DNA from: Eledone cirrhosa
Lineage: Eukaryota
NCBI GenBank assembly: GCA_964016885.1
Contig: OZ024742.1
Coordinates: 264,058,001-264,122,000 of the forward strand
Reading direction: 5' to 3'
Length of the DNA: 64,000 nucleotides
Positions within the stretch are counted from its first letter, which is position 1, and every line of letters starts with the position of its first letter. A program made the position numbers and the translations under genes. Of this stretch, positions 14,363-27,263 are shown piece after piece. The notes under the pieces are model-generated. The model did not search any database and was not told the DNA's origin. It was given only the letters and a program-made list of their open reading frames with translations.

Positions 14363-14550
14363 GGGCGGTGGATTGGCAGTATCGGTAGAGAGTCGGACGC
14401 CATGCTTTCCAGCATAGTTACGTCCCTTTACGATCTGAGTTCAAATCCCGCCGAGGTTGACTTTGCCTTTCATCCTTACAGGGTCGATAAAAATAAAGTA
14501 CCAGTAATACACTGGGTAATTGCTGGCCTTGTGCCTAAAGTAGAAACAAT
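14363..14550 (+). mobile_element. Full-length tRNA-derived SINE with 22-bp target-site duplication
   Basis: A and B boxes present. attatatttctatcactatata at 14341-14362 and 14549-14570. Confidence 0.92.
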
Positions 14551-14599
14551 TATATTTCTATCACTATATAATTATAAGTAATTGAAACTAATTATATTA

Positions 14600-16140
14600 A
14601 AAGTTGGCGTTTATGGGGATATTTCTAGGGTATAAAGTTATAGATAGATAGAATGATTTGTGTCGAGGAAAGGGTGGATCAGAGAGTGTGGTGTAGTGGT
14701 AGGAGGCATGCCCTTGAGGTATGGTGATAGAAGCGGTGATGGGTTCAAGTCTGACATTGTTATATATTGGGTTTAAAGCTTTGGAAGGAGTGTCGGAAGC
14801 GGTGCTGGCACGACGTAAACACGTCCGATTTTTTATTAAGGAGGTTAAGGTTCGAAAAGATTATAGTATGGGTCTCTAGTAGACAGAGGTTACAGAATTT
14901 ATTAGGTGGTTTGTACGATGCCGCCTTACCTATCACTTCCCATTGAAGTGTATATGATCTATTTCTAGTTTTCAGATAGTGTATGTAGCTAGATAGTGAA
15001 GTGGAGTTGGCTAGACTGTGTTTTTTGAAAGAATAGAGCTGTGAGTTGTATCTCGTTTTGAAGCAGTTCGAAGTAGAGCCTATATAGGTTTCAGAAGAGT
15101 TGCTAGTTCTGACCGTGCATGAGTAGATGATGTCCTTGATCAAGCAGTTTTTACCTAAAGGGCAGGTTCTATTAGATCTACAGTTACATTTATTTTGGAT
15201 GTTAACCTGTCGGTTATTATGTTGTGTAGAAGTCTGGTTGCTAGGTATTGCATTATGGCTATGGGGGTTGTCGCTCCCAATGTTATTGATTTCATTAGTG
15301 TTATTACTAATATTACTATTGATATCGTGGTTTGCAGTTATTACGTTGTTTTGAAAGTTTACTCCCTGCTGTGTTTTAGTTTGTTGAAAGTAAGTATTAA
15401 TCTTTTTTTTATTGCTACTAGCTATGTAGTATGCTATGTTAGGCGTGGTAGAGTAGGAGATGTTAATGGTGTTTTTATTTATAAGACTATGCTACTTGTG
15501 GCCAGATGGGAAGTTTTTATCCAAGAGTGAGAAGAAAGCCTTAGGTAGGTTGGTAGAGACGTTTAGATTGAAAGGGGGGTTGAAAAACGTATTAGTTCTT
15601 CTTCTATTTTTGTTTTTTATATCTGTTGAGGTGTTTCCGTTTATGGTATTCTGGTGTCTTCTCTGGTGTGAGTTACGTTTGTTGCTACTCTTCGTATTAG
15701 TATGTGTGTGGTTATTACTCTTATTACTATTTTTCCTCATGGACATATTGTGAGAAATAATGCTGTAACTATGTGTTTTTATAGGTAGGAACTCAATCTC
15801 ATTATTATGGCCTGATCTAGCTAATTCCTGATTATAGTATTGTGAGTTTTTGCTAAATATGGTTTCGTCATAAGATAGATTAGAGATTCTATTGGATATT
15901 CCTTTAGAGATAGAGTTTAATATTGATCTAGGGTGGTTAGACTTGGTATCTACGTAAATTAGTTTTTCGTTAGGTTTATGGAATGGTGTATATATTTTAG
16001 AGTCTAGGTAAAGGGTAGCATCAAGGAAGTTAACGTTTTTAGTGTTTTTGTCTATGGTGATACTTAGGTTATAGTCTTTAAAAGTTTTATGCAATAGTTT
16101 CTAGTTCTTTCTATATTAAATGTTTTATAGTCTATGATTA
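14600..16140 (-). mobile_element. 5'-truncated Penelope-like element (Naiad-like): RT thumb + GIY-YIG
   Basis: One frame 16094 to 14760 with a single TAG at 15492: VNFLDATL, FHKPNE, SNHP, FFNPPF, CNCRSNRTCPLGKNC, IIYSC..TYIGST, CNLCLLE..LNKK..CQH. Confidence 0.85.
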
Positions 16141-16161
16141 GATATACATAAAAGCAGGTTT

Positions 16162-16290
16162 TTACTTGCTGCTAGTATATTTGGTGACAGCCTTTGTACC
16201 CTCAGAGACGGCATGCTTGGCTAATTCAGCAGGAAGAAGAAGACGGACAGCAGTCTGGACATCACGGCTACTGATGGTCGAACCTTTGTT
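16162..16290 (-). pseudogene. H2B: Histone H2B C-terminal fragment
   Basis: [42 protein letters not shown]. Unmistakable H2B C-terminus with substitutions at normally conserved positions. No N-terminal half and no histone stem-loop. Confidence 0.9.
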
Positions 16291-16851
16291 GTTCCTTTTT
16301 CTGAATGTGAAAATGGTGGTGGATGCGAAAACTATAACTTTCTTTTTCTTTTTCTTTTTCTTTTTCTTTTTCTTTTTCTTTTTCTTTTTCTGCACACATA
16401 CTTTTTTGATCTATACAAAAACACGCTCCCACTACAACCACCATAATACTCTTGCTTACCCGCTTAAAGTGCTTGCATTACATGTAACACCTTGCCACAC
16501 AATACTCGTATATAAATGAGACACACTTGCATGCTCCATGTATGACTAACGCATACACTATCTACTAGATCTGATTATCGAACTATCCTCTTGCATTATC
16601 TGTGTTATCCGCCGCATGTATTTTAATTTTGATTTTAAATTTGAATTGCTGTACAAATATAGTATAGTATAATATATGTCACTCCACTGTACATCAATAT
16701 ATATATATGTATCTGTATGTCTCTTGCGTTGGAAAGGAGGTCAATTATATGTACAAGCATTGAAAAATGCTCCGAAGACTTCAAGCCTAGGTTTGGATGA
16801 AACAATTGTAAGTGAATAAATGCTTTGAACATAGCTTTGATTCTTGTGAAT

Positions 16852-16880
<29 letters not shown>

Positions 16881-16882
<2 letters not shown>

Positions 16883-16961
16883 TGTTATACTTTGGGAGGG
16901 TCATGTTGCCAATATATATATATGTATGTGCGTGTGTGTGTGTGCGTGCGTGTGTGTATGT

Positions 16962-17022
<61 letters not shown>

Positions 17023-17960
17023 TGTGTGATATATGGGTGTATGCGTATATACATGTATGCATATAAACACACACACACTGTACTAATAGGAAATGTGTTA
17101 TATGTAAAGTAAACCCCCAGATAAACTGTAAAACTAGAAACGTAGTACCCTCTGTACATAAGATGTACAGAGGGTACTTGCAGAGATATGACAACAACAT
17201 ACATAGGCGAGACAGCTGAAAGCATAAGAGAAAGGATAGACCAAGACTGGGGGAATTAAGAGGACGAAAAAACTGTTCAGTACTATTCGAACACGCCAGA
17301 CAACAACATAGCGGTAACATAGACGACATAGAAATGAAAATAATATCTAAACATAGAAATGACCCAGCAGGTAGGCAAATCACAGAGGCAAGCGAAATAG
17401 AGCTTAGAAAGCCAAAGCTAAACAGAAAAACTGAATGGAATAACAACAACACCCAAGCAAACAATACTGACTTAAGAGAAATATAAATAATTAAATAAAT
17501 AAATAAATATATACACAAGCAACAAACAATATAAACGCACACTAATAAACTAAAATAGAATACAATAACCAAAACACAGTCACCCAAACACGAACACACA
17601 CACCAAACACTATACACACACGCAAACGCATGCTCAGAGAAGAAGACAAAAATAAATAAATAAATAAACAGATAAGATAAAAATGGCGTAGACATACAAT
17701 ACAACAGGAGGAAACATAATAGTACCACTGATAATGTTGCAGTTGTGCAAAGAAAGAAATTTGTTAGACTATATATATATGTATTTATATCTGTATTTTT
17801 GACCGTTGGTCAGTCAATGAAAAACATTGAGGACCAAATGAATTAACTATGGAGATATAAAAGATACAGAAACGAAAACCAACCAAACAGTGAGTGTGTT
17901 CTGTTATTATTTCTGGCAATATTATTACAACAATATGACCCTCCCCAAGTATAACAATAT
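16881..17960 (+). mobile_element. Second Nematis-like PLE fragment with inverted terminus
   Basis: 17077-17450 is homologous to 5110-5490 (CVICKVNPQINCKTRNVV..RQITEASEI..LNRKTEWN). The 3' end gaccctccccaagtataacaata is also present inverted at 16881-16912. Confidence 0.8.
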
Positions 17961-18452
17961 ATATATATATATATATATCATATATGGGTGTGTGCGTGTG
18001 TATATGTATGCATTAATACATACATATACACACATCCGTGTATATTTATTTATATATATATATCTACATACATATATATACATATTTATACACACACACG
18101 TATATATATTCATGGTGCTGCACCAGAATGGCCACAGTCTACAGACGAAACAAATGAAAGAATATATATATGAACATGTGCACCTGTAAGTTACTGTTAC
18201 GCAACAATTGGGAGGGGCCCTGAAATACACATAACATTTTGTTATAAATTGATGTAGGGGAAATTGAAAAAGTCTTCATATCTATTCAGATACAATACTA
18301 CGTTGGATACCAGTCTTCAAGATCTGAGGTCTTAGGGAAATATCACCGATGTGGAGTGCTTAATAAATATTACGCCAGAATTTATTTATTGCGGTGATGT
18401 AAGTTGCAATTAGTTAAACATTGAATCAAAACAATTTATGCACACACATATA

Positions 18453-18664
18453 TACGAAGGGGCGCGGAAAAGTTCCTGGCTTTGGACAAAAGAAAATACA
18501 GAAATATCACTTAAAAGAATATACAGGAGGTTCACTTAATTATTTTATTCAACATATTTTCTCGCAGATTCACACAATTACTGCAGCTGTCATACCTCCC
18601 CTGTAAAGGTAACAACTCTATCTTTTCGCGATACCCTTAAATCTAGAAAGTTTCAGCACCCTAA

Positions 18665-18668
<4 letters not shown>
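18453..18668. mobile_element. Mariner-derived MITE
   Basis: Diverged TIRs tacgaaggggcgcggaaaagttcctggcttt and aaatctagaaagtttcagcaccctaacgta, with TA ends. Confidence 0.65.
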
Positions 18669-18711
<43 letters not shown>

Positions 18712-19040
18712 CCAGGGTGCGTAGCGTGAAGTTACTGTAGGTTCACTCAGGTGAGCACCCGATGATTCACGTCTGTAACGAGGTGTAGAGCTAAACAGAG
18801 TGTAAATATAATAATACAAGGACGATTTGTTATGCCTTCATTGCGTTTATTGATTGGTAACGCGCGTTTCGCTATCGATCAACTAAAGGTTCGTTGTGAC
18901 GCTATCTAACGTATGTTAATTACTCTAAGGTTCAGCCTATCCATTCATCGATACATCCTAATCGAGTGCTTTTGTGCAAACCTAATTGTATCTCGTTAGC
19001 TTGGCCACTGCCATAACTTCGATTTTACTAACCTTCCATT

Positions 19041-19089
<49 letters not shown>

Positions 19090-19092
<3 letters not shown>

Positions 19093-19294
19093 GAAGGAAA
19101 TGTGGTAAGGAACCAGATGGACCATAACGCACCAACGTACTCAATACTTAGGGTAGTAGAGTGGGTAATAGGAACGAGTAGGACCCCGACGGCTGAGCTC
19201 AAGCCGTTTCGACTATTACCCACTCTACTACCCTGAGTATTGAGTAATTTGGTGCGTTATGGTCCACCTGGTTCCTCACCACATTTCCTTCGTT
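19090..19294. mobile_element. 205-bp fold-back element (82-bp arms) with the 3' half of a hammerhead in the loop
   Basis: Arm 19090-19171 is inverted at 19213-19294. Minus-strand loop reads GAAA-cggct..agccg-TC. Flanked by (TA)n. Confidence 0.8.
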
Positions 19295-19310
19295 ATATAT
19301 ATATATATAT

Positions 19311-20010
19311 ACAAGGATCGGAATTAGAGTATTCCGCAGTTCACAGTAATAATAATTGTTTTTACTTTAGGCACAAGGCCAGCAATTACAGAGAATTTTC
19401 AACTGAGCTCAAATACAAATATATTACACAGAGAGAAGCGTGTTACACAGTGAGATGTGTGTACACACATCTCACTGTGTAACACGCTCAGTTGAACATT
19501 CTCTGTTCTTCTTTGAGCTAATATTATTATTACTGTGAACTGCGGAATACTCTAATTCCGATCCTTGTATAATTAACGAGCTCCAAATTGTTGAGTTAAT
19601 AAATTCGAATGGTTGGGCTGCTCTCTCTAGCATCTTCCCCCAATTCATGAGAGCCGTTATTTGATGCAAATAACACGTGTTTTCGCCCTGCTCTGGGCAG
19701 CGTGTATATTTGCGTTCTCTCTTTCCATTAGGCTAGATGTGTAGGTAACAATTCCACACTTGCTGACTGAGGACCCTGTGGACTTTTACACTACACATTT
19801 CAGTGGCGAAACGAAATAGATTCGTAGCAGCAAGCTTATAGTTATAAGGTTAGTGATTTAAAATTCTACTTCGGAGATTTGATTCTGACTTAGTGTTCTT
19901 TCTATTTAATTGCCAACCTGTAGGTGTTGTTTTCCATACAGTAAACTCACATGTAATAGTTCTTTACACACATCTCACTGTGAAACACGCTTCTCTCTGT
20001 GTAATATATT

Positions 20011-20014
<4 letters not shown>
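19311..20014 (+). mobile_element. Non-coding hammerhead element with nested inverted 5' segments
   Basis: Hammerhead at 19759-19834. The 3' end 19965-20014 is copied inverted at 19413-19463. Flanked by (TA)n. Confidence 0.75.
19759..19834 (+). ncRNA. Type I hammerhead ribozyme
   Basis: cttgctga-CTGAGGA-(stem II, decayed)-GAAA-cgaa-ataga-ttcg-TA-gcagcaag. 7-bp stem I, 5-bp stem III, GUA triplet. Confidence 0.78.
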
Positions 20015-20056
<42 letters not shown>

Positions 20057-20095
20057 GGGTGTATATGGCAGCCTAAGCTATATATTCATATACAA

Positions 20096-20635
20096 CTAGC
20101 TGACCTACCCAGCTTTACCCGGGTAAACAGATAAGAGAAGACAGGTAGCAGAGAAAATAACTGTATTGGATGTTTGTCTGGTTTACAGAATGAGGCGAGT
20201 ATGACAGAAAAATAAGCAGTAAAAAAATTTCCCAGATAACCAAATTCTTCGTATTACCGTTCGTGCATTGTATATGAAGATTTCTAGGTGTTTCCCCCCG
20301 TGAACAACCTACATATAACTGTCCAAAAAGCGATCCTCTTGTATTCAATTCTACAATTTTGAAACTCTGAACCTGAGCTTTATGTACGGTCGTAGCAAAA
20401 CTGGCTCAAACAGGGAACTTAAGTCTTGAAACTTTGAATGGCAGCTCGGTAGAGGAAGGGATGAGAGGAATATTGGGAATAAATGCATTTTCTCCTTGAT
20501 GATTGCCTTCAAGAATAGTGACCTCTAGGAGATGGTTCATCATCCTCCTGGCTGTAAAGCGTGTCCACGTTTCTCAAAGGCTGACGGAAGTTTAAATATT
20601 TTATATTATATGTAGATATAGATATAGATATAGAT
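20096..20635 (-). mobile_element. Internally deleted Helitron with PIF1 helicase C-terminal remnant
   Basis: 3' hairpin tacccgggtaaagctgggta followed by CTAG|t. Translation AFIPNIPLIPS..FATTVHKAQ..GQLYVGCSR..TKNLV. 5' end tctata... Confidence 0.85.
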
Positions 20636-21411
20636 AATTGTATATAAATGTGTGTATATGGGGGTGTTGCTAAGGCGTAACGTACATAACGAACGCGCAA
20701 ACACAGACACACACACACTCATATACAAAATGTGACATCGTCGTCGTGTTATAAAATATCCATTATTTTATTTCCAAGAGTGAGTTCATTTTTAATTTTA
20801 CCCTGGCTTTTATGTAGTATTCGTTTCTGATTTTCTCCTTCATTTTTCGGTATTCTGTTATTAGTTTCATCTATTGCTACGACTTTCTATATGCGACTAT
20901 GTTCGAATTCCCTCAGTTCAGTGTCTGAATGTAATGTAATGTCCCATTTTAAATTAATTTACCATTTCTAAAGCTCAATTCATATACAGGTTTTAATAGA
21001 TTTACATGTAGAAGGCTGGCTTTCGTGAATAGTTTTAAATTATCCATATTTCATAAATTGTTTATATTAGGCTGGCTCATTTTTAGTACTAAATAGTTTC
21101 ATTTAGAATATTATCTAAAGGAGTCAAAACTGTGCAGAAGAGCTGAAGTGATAAGAAATCGCTATGAAAAATTCCTATTCTAACAAGTATAGGGATGCTT
21201 TTTATATTTTTCTCCTAATAGTGATAAAGTTGCTTACTAGATTAATGTTTGGTACACTAACTCCATATTGCGACTGCATCTCTAAAATCTATGACTGCCG
21301 TATGTTATCAAATGCTTTTTTCGGTAATCAATCGATTTAATGCTTTGTTGTTTTTTCTTCTCTTTTACAAATGCGCGATTTTCTATTAACTGCTTCTTAC
21401 AACTATTATTA

Positions 21412-21718
21412 TTGCCTTTCATCGTTACGGGGTCGATAAAATAAAGTACCAGTAATACACTGGGTAATTGCTGGCCTTGTGCCAAAAGTAGAAACAATTA
21501 TTATTAGATTGGCAGTATCGGTAGAGGGTCGGATGCCATGCTTTCCAGCATAGAATTACGGCCCTTCATGATCTGAGTTCAAATCCCGTCGAGGTTAACT
21601 TTGCCTTTCATCCTTACGGGGGTCGATAAAATAAAAGTACCAGTCCCGCACTGGAGTCAATTTAATCGACTTTCCCTTTCCCCCAAATTACTGGCCTTGT
21701 GCTTATACTAGAAACGAT
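21412..21718 (+). mobile_element. Two tandem SINEs (partial 21412-21500, near-full 21507-21718) with (TTA)n tails
   Basis: SINE body motifs and A/B boxes. Confidence 0.85.
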
Positions 21719-21954
21719 TATTATTATTATTATTAATATTGTTGGTGAAGCCACGCTTCTTATCGCCTCCAGTTTTTTCCAACAGTTTACCTCGTTTTCA
21801 ACCGTTTTAAACCTTTTATTCAAGTTTTAAACTTGATAAAAGTTTAGAAGAAGTGACCCACCTAATACAGGGGTTCACTCGTAAATAATACGGCACCCCT
21901 TTACGGGGTGTCGTATTGTGTAAAAATATTATTTGAAAAAAAATTTCTTTCAAC

Positions 21955-23880
21955 ATGGATAACACAAGAAAGAGAGAGAGCGCTGTCAGGCAACTTGAAC
22001 AGCGTTCTAGCGAAGGTAATTTTAAAAGAAAATATTACGAAGGAAAAGAGGAACAGTATCATTTTTCATGATATTGTTACAGATTTAAAATTACCAAACA
22101 TTTCTAACACAAACAACACCAACAATAACACCAACAACAACACCATCAATATCAACAGCAACAACAAAAATAACAGCGGTAAGGTCGAGAACGACAATAA
22201 CAATGACAATAACAACAGTCACAACAGCAATAATAGTAAGAACAGTATCAACAAAAACAATAATAACAACAACAGCCACAATAACAGTAACAACAGCAAC
22301 AGTATCAACGAAAACAACAACAACAACAGCAACAACAGTACCAACGGAAACATCAACAATGACATCGATACCTGTAACAGCGATCTCAGCACCACCAGCA
22401 GGACCAGTAGCGGCAGCAATAGTGGTGCCGCTGAAAAAGGGACCACTTCTTTTGCAGGTATCGCCCAAAATCTCGAAACAATGTTAGTCACAGGGGAGGA
22501 GATGGCAGTCGCAAGCGCCATGGTGAAAAGAAACGCCAATAGAGTTTCCTTGAAACCCTCACCCGATTTTTTCAAAGACCAGCAGCTACGGACAGTAACT
22601 TACCGCTCCGTAAGCAAAATGTCACATCGGGTAGAGAGAGCTACGGAGGCTCAAATACAAAAGGGCTTGGGGTGCGTCTGGCACGCAAAACCCACATCAC
22701 CCGAGGCAGAAAGTACGCCACAGTAGACGTACTTTTCGCCACCCCCCAAGAAGCGAAGTCTCACTCTTTGGAAACCCTAAAGAGCGAGGAGATAGTCTTG
22801 GTGCCCTCCTACTGCGGGCAGAAAATTGTGAGGGTCAAAGTGACCCAGGTCCCACCCAACATGCCCATACCTTGGCTGGCCGCGTCTGTCTTTGCTGGAA
22901 TCGAGGACAGGACGACAATGCTGCAAGTAGAGAAAATAGGGAGAGAGAACTGGTCAGGTATAGGCATGCAAATGCTTATACAAACTGACCAGGAATGTAT
23001 CGACGCTATCCCCGATATCATAGACATCGAGGAAGGACTCCAACTCCCTATAAGCGTAGAAGGAAGACGGCCAAAATGTTATGTCTGTGGGTCAAAGGGT
23101 CACCTCAGGGCCCTTTTCCCGCAGAAGACAGCGAAGAAGAAGGCCCCTCTCATTCCAATACCTGGCCCGCTGCTACCAAGAGCAGGGCAGGCAACAAACA
23201 CAGAAGCCCCTTCCACGGTGAGTAGGAGGGCAATGTCCGTAGCTCCCGTACGAAGGCCACAGACAACTAAAGCAGCAGCATCAGTGGCGTCAACACCAGT
23301 AGCTACATTTGCAGTAGCTGCACCAGCAACAAAATTGCCGGAGAGGGCTCCACTACCACCACCAACAACCGTGGAGCACATACCCCTCCCAGACGCCACA
23401 GAATCTGACATGGAGTCTGAGGCGGGAGTGAAGTGGCAAACGGTCTGCCACAAAAAACAAAAAACAAAAAAACCCTTAGCTTCACCCTCCAAAAGCGAGG
23501 GCACACAAAGAGGGGTAAAGGCTGCAAGGAGACTTGCAGCAACACCACCACCATCACTATCACCACCACAAGCACCACCGCCAACAACAACTACACCACC
23601 ACCAGCATCACCCAAAACACCAACAACGCAAACAAAACAAAACAAAAAAACACACACCAAACAGCACACACACCAAACAAGAAGAAAACAGCAACAAAAT
23701 CACCCCTCCCACCCAAAAGTACACAGCCATAAACTTTTAAAACAAAAATCCCCCAACGCAGTTAAAGACATCAGAGAGTCAGTTACCAAGAGGATATACA
23801 CTGACATCCTCTTGGAAACCCCCATGACCAGTCAAAGAGACGGTTCTACAGTCCCTCCACCACACGATCAAGGTAAGTGA
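21955..23880 (+). pseudogene. Tx1 ORF1 (Asn-rich N-terminus, RRM-like region, zinc knuckle)
   Basis: VEGRRPKCYVCGSKGHLRAL is a CX2CX4H knuckle with the last Cys lost. Frameshifts near 21985 and 22695. Confidence 0.8.
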
Positions 23881-23912
23881 CCCTTTCTCACTTGCCCCGT
23901 TTCCCATCCAAC

Positions 23913-26900
23913 ATGGCCGTACTTAGAATAGGCAGTATAAATGCATGTGACCTGGGGTCATCTAGGAAGCAGGGTCACCTGCTCAACGACGTCAGGTCAT
24001 TAAACATAGATGTGGTGGCCATCAGCGAGACTAGAATCTCCGAAGCACGAACCTTCGCACCGATCTTCAGCGGCTACGATGTATACGCATCTACAAGTCG
24101 TCAAGGATCGGGGTGGCAGTGCTTTTTCGGAGAAGCTTACGGGCCATCTCCCTGGACCCAAAAGGTAAGTCGGTGGTGCTGGACGTAACCGAAGGCAATG
24201 CTTTCAGGCTAGTAGCCGTCTACGCCCCAACTAGGGCAGGACGGCCAGATTTCTTCAGATGTCTAGAGACCTTTCTTGGAACGTCCCGCTCTTTAGTGTT
24301 AGTGGGCGACTGCAATGGTATCTTGGATCCACGCTGGGATTGTGTGGGGCTAGTTGATAGGGGAGGAGGGTGCAAGAGCCTCATCAACCTGCTCAGACGT
24401 TTCGAACTGTCTGAGAGGTATCGACTGGATCACCTGAATGTGCCAATGTGGACATGGACAAACCGTATCGGGTCATCCAGATCGTATCTCGATAGAGTAT
24501 TCTGCAGAGAACTAGATAAGGTTAGTATAAGTTGTCCACAATTGAAAATAGTCGACTACACAGACCACAACTTCATAGACAAGGACCCGGTTACTGGAAG
24601 TTTAACGTGTCTTTCCCGGCGCGCAAAGCCTACAGAGACCGGATTAGCGTATTAGTTAAGCGGGCGTTGACGGGAACAGTCGTCAGCAACAGGTGGTGGT
24701 TCACCCTGAGAAGGGCAATTAAAGTAGAGTCGATTAGGTTTAGCAAAGGACTAGTGATAGAAGAAAATAGAATAGAAGGAGAGCTAGTCAGAAAACTAGA
24801 AGAGGCGTTTAGGACAGGCATCGCAACCGACGTGCTTGGAACTCGACCAATTCTTCAACGCAAAACACGAAGGCTGCGTTGTCAGAGCTAGAGCGCGTGC
24901 TCTGAAATACGAGGGGACAAAAGCCGTCCAATGGGCCCGGGTGGCAGAAGCGCGACGTGGCAACAAAGCCACAATTCGGTCTTTATCTGACCAAAACGGG
25001 TGCATGTTGCTCGAACCCGAGCAAATGTGTGAGGCTTTTCAGCAGCACTTTGCTGAACTGTTCGGGAGCAGCGGCGAGCCGGATCGGAGTATGGACTTCA
25101 GTGCATACCTAGACGGACTGCCTCGGCTCTCGACGACCGCAGCACAGTGTTGCGAAAAGCCAATAACAGCCGGTGAAATACGGGAAGCGATGGCTAACTG
25201 CACGAGGGGTAAATCGCCAGGTTTGGATGGTCTGCCCTACGAGCTTTATGCATTTATGGCAGGTTTGTTTGGTGACTCTTTGCAGACGTCTACTGCAACT
25301 GGCAGCAGAACGGGAGCATTCCCAGTTTTGTGAGCCGGGGAGCGGTGGTGCTGCTGAGAAAAGACACGAACAAGGGGGATGTTATCGATAAGTTCAGCCC
25401 CATAACCCTGCTAAACGCAGAGTTCAAGATTTTGGCCAAGGTGTTAGCAACGATGTTGGCGCTTGTCGTCAAGGGTCTGATGGGAGAGGCGCAGACATGC
25501 GCCATTCCGGACAGATCCATACATGACAACCTCCACCTCATGCGATACATCGTAGAGATGGTAGTTAAGGAACCTCGCACGGGTGCGGTCCTGATCAACT
25601 TGGATCAATCTAAAGCATTTGATAGGGTCGACCATCGGTACCTGGCGGCGGTCCTCAAGGCAGCCGGTCTCTGGTACGTTTTCAGGGGTTTGATCGCTGC
25701 GATGTACAGCGACATCTGCTCAGTTGTGAGGGTGAACGGTCACCTGTCGCAGCTGTTCAGCATCATGCGCTCAGTCCGACAGGGTTGTCCTCTCTCGTCC
25801 CGCTTGTACGTATTGGCTCTCGAGCCGTTACTGCACAAACTGGGGGTGATGAGGGGCGTTCCACGGGAATTAGGACGCGGGAAATACGAGTCGGCTTACG
25901 CCGACGACATCACCGTGGTGGTGTCGAGCACAAGACATGTCCAGATGCTCGGCACCGCTCTCAAGGAATACGAAGCGATGACAGGAGCAAAGTGAATCCA
26001 GGAAAAGTCGGTGGGCTTGCAGCTCGGCACCTGGAGAGGCAAGTTCATGCCGTCCGACAGCGTCGTGGGGCGTTGGACGGACGGACCGGTTAAATTGCTC
26101 GGGGTCTGGTTTGGACCGGACCTCCAGATGGAGAAAAACTGGAGCAAGGTGACGAGCAGGGTGGCCTCCCTCACCCAGAAATGGGCCGAGAGGAAGCTGA
26201 CCCTGAAAGGCCGGGCGGAGGTGGCGGATGCGTACATCGCATCCGTCATCTGCTACCGCCTGACTGTCGTACCTTGCCCCGGCCCAACTCTCACCAAAAT
26301 GGAGCTCCTCTTATTCCGCTTTTTGTGGAAGGGACGCACTCCCATGGTCTGACGATCCATCTTCTGTCAACACCCGTAGCGTGGAGGACTGGGCATACCA
26401 TGGCTGATGATGCGCAAACATGCGCGGAGGCTGCGAAATCTCTGGTGCTTCCTTGACGGTGGACAGGTGTGGTCGCCGTTCACCAGGCACGTTTTCCCAC
26501 AGCTTGTCTCCTTGACGGAGCTGCAGTCCTGGGTCAGGAAAAGACCGAGGTATAGCGCTTGAAAACTGGAATGTCTCCAGGCGCTCACCGCCCTCTATCA
26601 GCAGGGCACCAGTATCGGTGGAATATCAACCTCGGCGTTCTATAGAGGAGTAGTGGAGGGGAAGTGCGACAACGTTTTCGGAGTGATCCTGGACGTCGAA
26701 GAAGATCTGCTGTTTCCCTCTTCCGGAGAACTTTCAGTCCAGGGCCTATCGAAAACTTCCAAAAATCCCTGGCCTGGCAATGCTACCGGGGAGCGTTGCC
26801 GGTTCGGGATGAGCTCTACAGGCACGGAAGTGCCGTCAGCCCAGCCTGTCGGAGATGCGCGCAGAGCGACGAAACCGTCGTGCACGCACTCGTTCAGTGC

Positions 26901-27263
26901 CCGAGCATTGCTGACTTGTGCAGCTATGTCGAACAGTTGCTGTCGCGTGAAGGACTGATCCGGTTATCGACTGAGTCCATTGTGCAGATGGTCTCGCCGT
27001 CTTCCTTCGACTAGGAAGGGCAGGCGGTTTTCATCTGCCTCGTGGCCATGGTGAAAGAGATTGTGTGGTGGACAAGGTTGAAAGGGTTAAAGACAGACAC
27101 TTTCCTCTTCGGCGAATCCCTAATTAACTTTTTCAAGTTTCACTTGAAGAGGAAAATCAGAGTGGAGAGGCAAGTGCTACCTTTTAGCAAGTTTGTTGAA
27201 AGGTGGGTGAATGTAGCGCGAATGGTCCGAGTGAACGGGACCGCTCTGAATATACGCCTGTAG
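23913..27263 (+). pseudogene. Tx1 ORF2 (APE endonuclease + RT + C-terminal Cys motif)
   Basis: SET, VYAP, GDCNG, SYLDR, TDH, GPGYWK, KSPGLDGLP, DQSKAFDRV, VRQGCPLS, AYADD, CRRC..ETVVHALVQC. Multiple stops and frameshifts. Confidence 0.92.

Noticed and set aside
14363-14450. tRNA gene
   Set aside because: The A/B boxes belong to a SINE head with body, tail and target-site duplication; no cloverleaf.
14760-16094. Selenoprotein-coding Naiad (in-frame UGA + SECIS)
   Set aside because: Cys motifs use TGT/TGC, the only internal stop is TAG at a non-Cys position, and no SECIS was recognised.
17725-17775. Hammerhead in the second Nematis-like copy
   Set aside because: Positionally homologous, but the core (CTGATAA) and stems are decayed; not called functional.
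18850-18950. Hammerhead on the minus strand (GAAACGCGCGT)
   Set aside because: Only stem III is clear; the 5' core is not convincingly identifiable.
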